From the sequence record ON190025.1: 64,000 nucleotides of DNA, one strand, 5' to 3'. Below the pieces are notes generated by a model. That model made no database searches and was not told the origin of the DNA. It saw only the letters and a list, made by a program, of their open reading frames with translations. The position numbers were made by a program, and so were the translations under genes. Positions 36,772 to 44,322 of the stretch are shown in pieces. Position 1 is the stretch's first letter, and every line of letters begins with the position of its first letter.

Positions 36772-37166
36772 ATTTGCATTCGTTCATGTACAAATGGAAA
36801 AGATTTTCATTTGAATTCAACAATTACGCGATTGAGAAGCAGCGTGGCTTAGTCGGGACTGTTGACTTTGTGATGAAGAAACACTTCACACATCGAGTAT
36901 ATGACCGATTCTGTGCTGCTGAACATTCAACATTGCGTAGAATGCTGTATCATACAGTAAACAAGCACTTAGGTGAAGTTCTGTATTGGTATTACAGTGC
37001 TGAAAAGCGTGAGCTTGCTATCAAGCGTGAAGATATTTACATAATATTTGAGAAGGGAATTAAAGGTTGTATTTTGATTACGACGATATATCGTAATGAA
37101 AATAAGCAAAACCATGATAAATTCTTTTTGATTGATATAAGCAGAAAGCAAAATGAAGCAAATTAG
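36768..37166 (+). CDS. Hypothetical protein
   Basis: 132 aa, ATGA coupling. Confidence 0.7.
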   Translation: MNLHSFMYKWKRFSFEFNNYAIEKQRGLVGTVDFVMKKHFTHRVYDRFCAAEHSTLRRMLYHTVNKHLGEVLYWYYSAEKRELAIKREDIYIIFEKGIKGCILITTIYRNENKQNHDKFFLIDISRKQNEAN

Positions 37167-37398
37167 ACTTGGTGACTATATCGAGGTCACTGAAAGACTA
37201 GACCAAGAGAGCTTTTTTGGTCAGTTGGTTGATATTGCACCGTGTCTATGGGCACGTGGTGATTTTCTACGACTTGTTGATGACGCAGGTAATGAAGTTC
37301 AATTGAACACTGTGAACATCGACATGATTAATGGCACAGTTGTGAGTGAATTAACTAGAAACGCTCATGGCTTTATGTATTGTGAGGAAAAGATTTGA
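37153..37398 (+). CDS. Hypothetical protein
   Basis: 81 aa, in operon. Confidence 0.65.
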   Translation: MKQIRLGDYIEVTERLDQESFFGQLVDIAPCLWARGDFLRLVDDAGNEVQLNTVNIDMINGTVVSELTRNAHGFMYCEEKI

Positions 37399-37838
37399 AA
37401 GGTTACGTATTTGTAAATCGCTATTGTAAAGGTATTCAAGCTGGTATTCAAGGTGCACATGCGCTTCTACGTCTTGCGCGTAAAGCAGATAACCCAGTTT
37501 TCAATAAGTGGCTGAATGATCACGAGACGATTTGTGTTCTGTCAGCGGCTAGTCATGACCATCTTGAAGAAATCGAAGAGACAATTCGTGAAATGGGTGT
37601 TGTTGAAGACATTACATTTTTTCAAGAAGAAGGTTTACATCACTCACTAACAGGTGTAGCATTCATTGGCGACGACACGCTAATGCAAGTTCAAGCCGAA
37701 ATGAAAGAATGGCGTGAACTGCGTAAGATCGGCGAAGGTCTAAAGCGTCGCGACTTTGATTCAGATATGTTCTACAAATACGGTCGAACATATGAACTTG
37801 CAAAATACTTAGAGGGGTTTCATTCTCATCATGGATAA
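37395..37838 (+). CDS. Peptidyl-tRNA hydrolase 2 (PTH2)-like protein
   Basis: GIQAGIQGAHA...W...TICVL...L...FQEEGL...LTGVA pattern; TTG start with GAGG RBS. Confidence 0.65.
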   Translation: MKGYVFVNRYCKGIQAGIQGAHALLRLARKADNPVFNKWLNDHETICVLSAASHDHLEEIEETIREMGVVEDITFFQEEGLHHSLTGVAFIGDDTLMQVQAEMKEWRELRKIGEGLKRRDFDSDMFYKYGRTYELAKYLEGFHSHHG

Positions 37839-38061
37839 CTTAAATCTTAAATTGACTACTGCGACTCGCTTTGAAGAGCTAATGACAAAACCAGGTGTTG
37901 ATGTTAAAAATAGCTCTTTTGGTCCTGAATTCATTACGACTGTTTACGAGAACGGTGAATTACTTGCAGAGCGCGTATTGTACGTTTCACAAGCAGAGCA
38001 CTTTGAAGTGAAACTACCTGAAACGGCAAAGCAAGCACGCAAAACGAGCAAACTGCCGTAA
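37831..38061 (+). CDS. Hypothetical protein
   Basis: 76 aa, in operon. Confidence 0.65.
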   Translation: MDNLNLKLTTATRFEELMTKPGVDVKNSSFGPEFITTVYENGELLAERVLYVSQAEHFEVKLPETAKQARKTSKLP

Positions 38062-38097
38062 AAACTGTTTATTAACTAACTTTGTGAGTGTAATATT

Positions 38098-38301
38098 ATG
38101 AAATCTAAAGGTTTTACTCTGATCGAATTGATTGTTTTGATTGCGATTCTAGGGATTCTAGCGTCGGTAGCTGCTGGTACGTTGTTTGGGGCTGAACAAC
38201 CTACATCTTACAGTACTCAACCGCAATCAGAGACTTATGAAATTGACGGTCAGTTAATGCAATGTACTCCCGTGCAAGCAGTATGGGACGATGATTTTTA
38301 A
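38098..38301 (+). CDS. Type IV prepilin-like small protein
   Basis: MKSKG|FTLIELIVLIAILGILASVA class III signal peptide with Glu+5. Confidence 0.88.
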   Translation: MKSKGFTLIELIVLIAILGILASVAAGTLFGAEQPTSYSTQPQSETYEIDGQLMQCTPVQAVWDDDF

Positions 38302-38310
38302 AGGTAATTG

Positions 38311-39210
38311 ATGAAAAACTACTTGGAACTTTGTAAAGATATTCTAGAAAATGGTGATTTTCTTGAGAATAGAACAGGCACGAATACTGTTAGTGTTGTT
38401 TCGCGTGAGCTTCGATGGGACTTAGAAAAAGGTTTCCCGTTGCTAACGACTAAGAAAATGGCGACAAGAGCTATTTTCGGTGAGTTGCTATGGTTCTTGA
38501 GCGGTTCAGGTTCGATTTCTGAACTGAGAAAATACACTGAATTATCAGACGAAGATTTCTGTATCTGGCAACAAAATCTCGACGAGCTGAACGAGCGTGC
38601 GAAAGAAGCAGGTATTGTTCGCAATGAAGACGACCTTGGTTATGTCTATGGCAAAGTGTGGCGTAAACGTCTATCTGTAAATGCAGAGCGAGAAATTGTT
38701 GAGTTTGACCAGATTCATCAATTGCTGTGCGATATTGCAGCGGTTAATGAAGACCCGACGCAAAGTGCGCAACGTCGTATGCTTGTTGAAGCATGGGACC
38801 CGTACTTCCATACTGAAAGTAACTCAGTTGACGTAGCTCTACCGCCATGTCATTACGGCTTTCAAGTGTTCGTGCGTAATGGTAAGATCAGCTTGAAATG
38901 GAATCAGCGTTCAGTTGACACATTCTTAGGTCTACCGTTCAATATCGCATCGTATGCTTTGCTAGTGCATATACTAGCTAAATTGACTGGCTTAGGTGTC
39001 GGTGAATTGATTTTCTCTGGTGGTGATGTTCACATTTATGAAGATCATCTAATACAAGTAATGAAGCAAATGAGACGTACGCCGCGTGCGCTACCTCAGA
39101 TTGAACTTCCTGAATTTGAAACGTTGTCACAGTTGTTAACTAAACGCGCAAGTGATTTTCGCGTATATGACTATGACCCATACCCAACCCTAAAAGGTAA
39201 AATGTCGTGA
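38311..39210 (+). CDS. td: Thymidylate synthase
   Basis: NRTGT, FPLLTTKK, ELLWFL, ALPPCH, QRSVD-x-FLGLPFNIASY and DVHIY motifs; no intron. Confidence 0.98.
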   Translation: MKNYLELCKDILENGDFLENRTGTNTVSVVSRELRWDLEKGFPLLTTKKMATRAIFGELLWFLSGSGSISELRKYTELSDEDFCIWQQNLDELNERAKEAGIVRNEDDLGYVYGKVWRKRLSVNAEREIVEFDQIHQLLCDIAAVNEDPTQSAQRRMLVEAWDPYFHTESNSVDVALPPCHYGFQVFVRNGKISLKWNQRSVDTFLGLPFNIASYALLVHILAKLTGLGVGELIFSGGDVHIYEDHLIQVMKQMRRTPRALPQIELPEFETLSQLLTKRASDFRVYDYDPYPTLKGKMS

Positions 39211-39401
39211 TTAGTAAAACAGATTATTTTGAACTGAAAACAGGTACGCCGATCATTGTAATTGAGCGAATTGACACAATCGACGGTGAGCTTATCAAAC
39301 TTCCGTACAGCAAAGTTGTTGCAGCTAACGACCCGCTCATCGGCGATTCGCTAACTGACGGCAAGATTCACTATCTTTTTGACTTTGAAATTGGTGAGTA
39401 A
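39207..39401 (+). CDS. Hypothetical protein
   Basis: 64 aa, GTGA coupling. Confidence 0.6.
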   Translation: MISKTDYFELKTGTPIIVIERIDTIDGELIKLPYSKVVAANDPLIGDSLTDGKIHYLFDFEIGE

Positions 39402-39402
39402 C

Positions 39403-39609
39403 ATGAACTTAGGTGAGTTCGTAACGGGGTTGTTGACATTGATTGCGTTCGGTATCGTCGCAATGTTGGTTATTCTCGGATTGTCAGTTGGCGGGCTTAT
39501 CTTCGGTGCATGGCTCATCATTTCGGGTCATACAGTCGCTGGGTGGGTTGTATTGTTCATCTCGGCGATTGTTTTCGCTTTAATAGGCACAATAATGAGG
39601 AATTTGTAA
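39403..39609 (+). CDS. Small two-TM membrane protein
   Basis: Two hydrophobic segments; GGTGAG RBS. Confidence 0.75.
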   Translation: MNLGEFVTGLLTLIAFGIVAMLVILGLSVGGLIFGAWLIISGHTVAGWVVLFISAIVFALIGTIMRNL

Positions 39610-39900
39610 TGGCGTTACATATTTACGTAGAAGTTGACACCAATGATGGTGATTACGTTGGCGGTCTAACCGCAGCATCGAGTGAAGAAGTCGAGCGTTT
39701 TGAAACGCTTGTTCATCTTTCGGGGTGATAGTCTAGCGAGTTGGACAGAAGGCGAATGCCAAGTTCGCCCGAATTCAGAAGTATACCCGCAGTTTAGCGA
39801 AAATGACATTGAGTTCATTTCCGATAAAATGCCTTACTGCGAATACGGCTTTCACACTGTTGAAAAAATTAAGATTGTTGATGTGTTGAATACTCTATGA
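39609..39900 (+). pseudogene. Hypothetical gene with apparent +1 frameshift near 39717-39725
   Basis: MALHIYVEVDTNDGDY... stops at 39728; the +1 frame continues RGDSLASW...PYCEYGFHTVEKI to 39900. Confidence 0.55.
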
Positions 39901-40245
39901 TCAATGAAATTCTAGCTTCAAGTAAGCGAATCGACAACGGTCGAACAGTAAAAGACGTTCACATGAGCGTTGTTGAAGAAGTAGGCGAACTAGCAACTGA
40001 AGTTCGCGTCAAGTACGGTACGTCGTACAAAAAACGCTGACGTTGACGGGATTCTAGGTGAATCGGTTGATGGTATTCTGTGTCTAATTGACCTAATTTA
40101 CGTCGATAACCCGAACATCACTGAAGCTGAAATCATGAACGTTGTTCGTAACAAGCTCGCTAAATGGGAGCGAAAGGAAAACGAACACAAAGCAAAAACT
40201 GAAAAAAAAATGGTGAAAATAAATGACAAATCGTTATACATTTGA
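39897..40245 (+). pseudogene. MazG-like NTP pyrophosphohydrolase split at an A6 run
   Basis: EEVGELATEV in frame 1 (stop at 40040); GESVDGILCL...KLAKWE in the +1 frame. Removing one A at 40029-40034 joins them. Confidence 0.7.
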
Positions 40246-40519
40246 AGAAATTCTTGGTGAAGACTACGACGACAAAGACTATCTTGACTTTCTACTAGAT
40301 GGTTATGGTGACTTCCCTGGTGTGAAGTTCATCGACCAAGACGGCGGTGGTGAAGGTGGTTCTGAGTACTGCTACACGATTCTTGAAAAAGACGGTCGTT
40401 ACTTCAAGACTGAATACAGCTACTACAGCTACCACGGTTACGACAACTACGGGGATCACTTCGTTGAAGTTTACCCAAAGCAAGTTACAATCACCCAATA
40501 CGTGAGCACTCCTCAGTAA
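40223..40519 (+). CDS. Hypothetical acidic, Tyr/Gly-rich phage protein
   Basis: GGGEGG...YYSYHG...EVYPKQVTITQY. Confidence 0.75.
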   Translation: MTNRYTFEEILGEDYDDKDYLDFLLDGYGDFPGVKFIDQDGGGEGGSEYCYTILEKDGRYFKTEYSYYSYHGYDNYGDHFVEVYPKQVTITQYVSTPQ

Positions 40520-41280
40520 TGCGTATTGTTGTCGGGTCAACTGCGTTACATCATAATGGTATTCGACTGCGTAAGACCATTAAAGATCTAGATGTATTCG
40601 TAGACTCGCCCGACTCGGCTAACGACGGGGATGATTTTATTGTCATGCCCGTCGATATATTGCAGATGTTCGACGGTGATATAGCAACTGCTGACGAAAT
40701 CTACACGATAAAATGCAGTCATCTTGGTTGGGATGAGCATAAAGTCGGGTACAGTCAGTTTGGTGGTTCGACATTGTGGGACAAGCACAAGCGTGATGTT
40801 ATGGCGCTATCGCGATTCTGCAAAATCAAGCCTGAGCTATACGCAGCGTTGACAAATCATTGGCGAAAAGAGCTTGGCAATAAAGATTATCTGTGTTTGA
40901 ACAAAGACGCAGACGACTTCTTTAATGACAAAGTTCGATACGTGTATGAACATGATGAGCTTCATCGAATGGTCGCAGCACCTAACCGCCCGTTGTATGA
41001 GAAAATTCTCAAAGACGGCTGTGATGTTTTAGTCAGTAAAGAGAAGTTCGAACAGTTGTCATTTGAAGACAAGATCAATTTGTTCCACGAAGAAATTTCG
41101 GTAATCGCGATTGAGCGATACATTGTTCACGGAATGATGCCGTTGAATGCGTGGAATCATGCGTTGAAGAAGACAATTACACGGCTTACTAAGAATTGGG
41201 CATGTGATTTCATTTGTGCAAACATGAGTCATTACATGAAGCCGAAATATAATTTGAATATTCTTGAAGAAAAGGGTTGA
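40519..41280 (+). CDS. Hypothetical protein with N-terminal Pol-beta nucleotidyltransferase-like motif
   Basis: VVGSTAL...KDLDV; IYTIKCSH...WDKH. Confidence 0.55.
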   Translation: MRIVVGSTALHHNGIRLRKTIKDLDVFVDSPDSANDGDDFIVMPVDILQMFDGDIATADEIYTIKCSHLGWDEHKVGYSQFGGSTLWDKHKRDVMALSRFCKIKPELYAALTNHWRKELGNKDYLCLNKDADDFFNDKVRYVYEHDELHRMVAAPNRPLYEKILKDGCDVLVSKEKFEQLSFEDKINLFHEEISVIAIERYIVHGMMPLNAWNHALKKTITRLTKNWACDFICANMSHYMKPKYNLNILEEKG

Positions 41281-41350
41281 CTGCGGTCAGCCCTTTTGTG
41301 TATTATAGCTACATCAACACGATGTTGACCTAAAACAAAGAGAGAACATT
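41270..41350 (+). promoter_or_regulatory. Class I promoter overlapping terminator hairpin
   Basis: TTGACT-18-TATTAT; hairpin 41270-41297; CATCAACACGA and AAGAGAGAACATT leader. Confidence 0.8.
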
Positions 41351-41680
41351 ATGACTGACCAAACTAAATTCGACATCAAATTTGCTGAAATCAAAGTCGT
41401 TTATTCTATGCGTGCAGAACACCAAAAAGTAGCAATGCGCCTTGAAGATGGTACAATCATGCTGCATGAAGTGCTTTTCATGGATTCGAAAGGTTCATAT
41501 TGTGAAAGTCGCAAACTGTGGAGCACTACAGTTGAAAAGAAATGTGCATGGCCAGGTTATGAGTCAGCACAGCTTATTGACAAAATCAAAGCAGCGGGTA
41601 AAGTTTCACTTAAACATTGGCGTGCTGCTTCAGAAGCAGACTACGAAAACTTTCGTCTTATCGAATCATTTGAGGGTTAA
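41351..41680 (+). CDS. Hypothetical early protein
   Basis: 109 aa after the class I leader. Confidence 0.8.
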   Translation: MTDQTKFDIKFAEIKVVYSMRAEHQKVAMRLEDGTIMLHEVLFMDSKGSYCESRKLWSTTVEKKCAWPGYESAQLIDKIKAAGKVSLKHWRAASEADYENFRLIESFEG

Positions 41681-41682
41681 TC

Positions 41683-42084
41683 ATGTCAGAATTTTATCAA
41701 ATGTGGGAAAAGAAAATCGGGCGTCTTGAAGAGATGCACAAGAAAATCTACGACATGGGTCAACTTGCTGCTGGTGATGAAGGCAAGTATATTTTCAAAA
41801 CTGAAATGAAGCGTGAGCATCTATCACGCGAGATTTCACATGAAATTGACCATAAAGGTCTAGATCTACATCATCTTATGTACAAAGGTTTGCATGAGAC
41901 AGCACGTGAATATCAAGGTGCAATCATGATATTCTGCAAAGAAATGCCACTCGAACAGCGTCGAGAACTTTTTGACAAGATTCGCGCAGTGTTCAATATT
42001 GATGCTTACACAGACGAAGCATGGGAAGGCGTTCTTAAACGTTTCAAAGGTTCACTAGTAAGCCAAGGTATGATTGAGGAATAA
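41683..42084 (+). CDS. Hypothetical protein
   Basis: 133 aa, GAGG RBS. Confidence 0.75.
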   Translation: MSEFYQMWEKKIGRLEEMHKKIYDMGQLAAGDEGKYIFKTEMKREHLSREISHEIDHKGLDLHHLMYKGLHETAREYQGAIMIFCKEMPLEQRRELFDKIRAVFNIDAYTDEAWEGVLKRFKGSLVSQGMIEE

Positions 42085-42087
42085 ATT

Positions 42088-42795
42088 ATGAGCAGCTACA
42101 ACACAAAGAAAGCAGAGTGTGAAAAACGCGGTATTGCATTCAACTTCACTGAAGAACAATGGAAAACATTACAAAGCATGAAGAACGGTGGTCGTTGTGC
42201 ATACACAAACCACCCGTTTAATCAAAGCAGCAAGAAAATGCGTGCGACTGTTGAGCGTATTGACGAGTCTATGCCGTATGAACCAAAGAACTGTGTTCTT
42301 GTGACTCAGCTTGCAAACAACGTAAAGTGTAACTACATCGAGCAGAATCAGCCCGTGAGTAAAGCAAATGCTGAAGAAGCTCATACACTGAAGCAGATTC
42401 AACGTCTTCTTGCAGATGAGACGAAAGTCAAAAGCATTATTCAGTCATATCTTGATCGCTACAAAGGTGAAGTTATTGAAACACCGATGACTGATCTTGA
42501 GATCACTAAGCTATACGTGAAGTACGCGACTGAAGCACAGCGCCAAGGTAAACACTTTGAAATCACGATAGGCGACTTCAAACGTACTGTATCGCGTAAA
42601 CGCTGTCAGGTTAGTAAAGTACTACTGCCGAACATGAAACAGCGCGTAGTGCGCGTTATAGACGATTCTAAGCCTATTACGTGTGACAACATTCAAGTAA
42701 CTTCGCGTCAAATCGACGAAATCATGACTTCTATTGAAGAAATGGACATGACACTCGCGCAAAAACGCGCAATGATGAAATCAATTGGAGCATAA
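42088..42795 (+). CDS. Srd-like / His-Me finger-like protein with duplicated domain
   Basis: KRGIAFNFT...CAYTNHPF...VERID...Y...NCV resembles the T4 Srd N-terminus; second degenerate copy from about residue 140. Confidence 0.6.
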   Translation: MSSYNTKKAECEKRGIAFNFTEEQWKTLQSMKNGGRCAYTNHPFNQSSKKMRATVERIDESMPYEPKNCVLVTQLANNVKCNYIEQNQPVSKANAEEAHTLKQIQRLLADETKVKSIIQSYLDRYKGEVIETPMTDLEITKLYVKYATEAQRQGKHFEITIGDFKRTVSRKRCQVSKVLLPNMKQRVVRVIDDSKPITCDNIQVTSRQIDEIMTSIEEMDMTLAQKRAMMKSIGA

Positions 42796-42796
42796 A

Positions 42797-43057
42797 ATGA
42801 GCTATTTACTATCAATGCAAAAAGGTTGTTCAACTGTCGTAAACGTGAGCGGTATACCGTTAGTTGTAGACCACGAAACTGAGTATGTGACTGTTGACGG
42901 GAACGGTTACGTCACGGGATGGACTGATCGTCCTTACTTCAACGAAGAAGACCAGACATGGTCGTGTTATGAGCTTTACGGTGAAGAGTGGCATTTAGCA
43001 ACCATTGCAAACCCAACGAAACAAGCAGTCGAAACTTTAATCGAGGTATGCTCATGA
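42797..43057 (+). CDS. Hypothetical protein
   Basis: 86 aa, GGAG RBS. Confidence 0.7.
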   Translation: MSYLLSMQKGCSTVVNVSGIPLVVDHETEYVTVDGNGYVTGWTDRPYFNEEDQTWSCYELYGEEWHLATIANPTKQAVETLIEVCS

Positions 43058-43422
43058 GTGATGATTTAATGGAACGACTCGCAGATGAATATCGCAGTTC
43101 AGACGTGTATGACCCTGAATTACACTGTGATATTTTTGCCATTCCTGTTCATGAAGACGGCGAAATGGATTCGATATACATCAAAGAAGCATTGTATGGT
43201 GTATATAATGAGATTCGCCGCTATACTGGCATGACGTTAGCCGAAGCCAAAGAATGGTTTAAAGTTCAAGAAGTTGAAACGTGGTTCGGTGAATCAAATA
43301 CTGTAAACGGAAAAGTTTATAACACGTTTTTCGTGCGTTATGATATTCCTGACGAGTTAGTTAAGCAACAATACTCTGAGTGGCAACAAGGTCCCTCAGC
43401 GACAATTAAGGAATCATTTTGA
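43054..43422 (+). CDS. Hypothetical acidic protein
   Basis: GAGG RBS, ATGA coupling. Confidence 0.7.
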   Translation: MSDDLMERLADEYRSSDVYDPELHCDIFAIPVHEDGEMDSIYIKEALYGVYNEIRRYTGMTLAEAKEWFKVQEVETWFGESNTVNGKVYNTFFVRYDIPDELVKQQYSEWQQGPSATIKESF

Positions 43423-44180
43423 GAATTTTTATTTTTAGCGGTGCAGGTCTTGATGCAGAATCAGGTATCAGCACGTTTCGAGACGCAAACGGTCTGTGGG
43501 AAAACCACGACATTATGGAAGTGTGTAACATCAACACATTTGCAAACAATTATGAAGTGACACATCGTTTCTACAATGAGCGTCGTAAACAATTAGCTGA
43601 AGTTCACCCGAATTCAGCACACTACAAAATTGCTGAACTGTGTGAAAAATACGACGTTGACAACTACACTGCGAACGTATCAGATTTACTTGAGCGTGCA
43701 GGTTGTAAAGACGTTAAGCATATTCACGGTGAGTTGACAAAGATCGTGCAAGATTACACGTCAAAAGACAGTACAGTTATTGACATCGGGTACAATGAAT
43801 ACGAGTTGCGTACAGGTCGTCGTGATAAACCGGGTGTTGTGTTCTTCAATGAAGGCGCACCATTATACACTCACTTCTGGGGTGATATTGACACTCTATT
43901 GCCGACTGACATTGCAATTGTTGTTGGTTCGACGCTTGAGATTAACCCGATTCATTGGGATTTGTCTGCGACGGGCTGTAAATTCATTCTTATTAACCCG
44001 ACTGGCATTGACACTGAAAAGCATTCTGCACTAAACGAAGCGATTCGTATGTGTGACGTATTCATCAATAAGCCAGCCACTGAGGCATTCGATGAAATTG
44101 ATAAGCACATTGAAGAGCATATTTCACGCAATTTTCCTAATGGTCTACTTGACTATCGAGGGAATAGCGTTAATCGTTAG
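43419..44180 (+). CDS. Sir2/CobB-family NAD-dependent protein
   Basis: SGAGLDAESGISTFRD, PNSAH, TANVSDLLERAG, HIHG, KPGVVFF and VVGST motifs. Confidence 0.92.
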   Translation: MRIFIFSGAGLDAESGISTFRDANGLWENHDIMEVCNINTFANNYEVTHRFYNERRKQLAEVHPNSAHYKIAELCEKYDVDNYTANVSDLLERAGCKDVKHIHGELTKIVQDYTSKDSTVIDIGYNEYELRTGRRDKPGVVFFNEGAPLYTHFWGDIDTLLPTDIAIVVGSTLEINPIHWDLSATGCKFILINPTGIDTEKHSALNEAIRMCDVFINKPATEAFDEIDKHIEEHISRNFPNGLLDYRGNSVNR

Positions 44181-44322
44181 TGGAAGTGGGGCTGTTATGT
44201 CATTCATAGCAGCTTTTTTACTCATTCTAGATAAGTTGTATATTTTAGCAGGTTGTGCGTCTATACTAGGTGCATTGTTAACGTACTGCTATGTGAAATT
44301 GAGTGAGGAACATGATGTCTAA
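44140..44322 (+). CDS. Small membrane protein
   Basis: 60 aa, two hydrophobic segments. Confidence 0.55.
   Translation: MVYLTIEGIALIVSGSGAVMSFIAAFLLILDKLYILAGCASILGALLTYCYVKLSEEHDV

Noticed and set aside
38067-38096. GTTTAT-18-TAATAT as a promoter for the pilin-like gene
   Set aside because: The -10 ends 1 nt before the ATG, leaving no room for a start site upstream of the gene; more likely RBS context.
27674-39210. Group I introns or inteins in nrdD and td, as in T4
   Set aside because: Both ORFs are continuous and of normal length.
44130-44180. Possible frameshift at the Sir2 3' end (one extra T would give a TAATG junction)
   Set aside because: A 41-nt overlap is plausible as is and all Sir2 motifs are intact; insufficient evidence.
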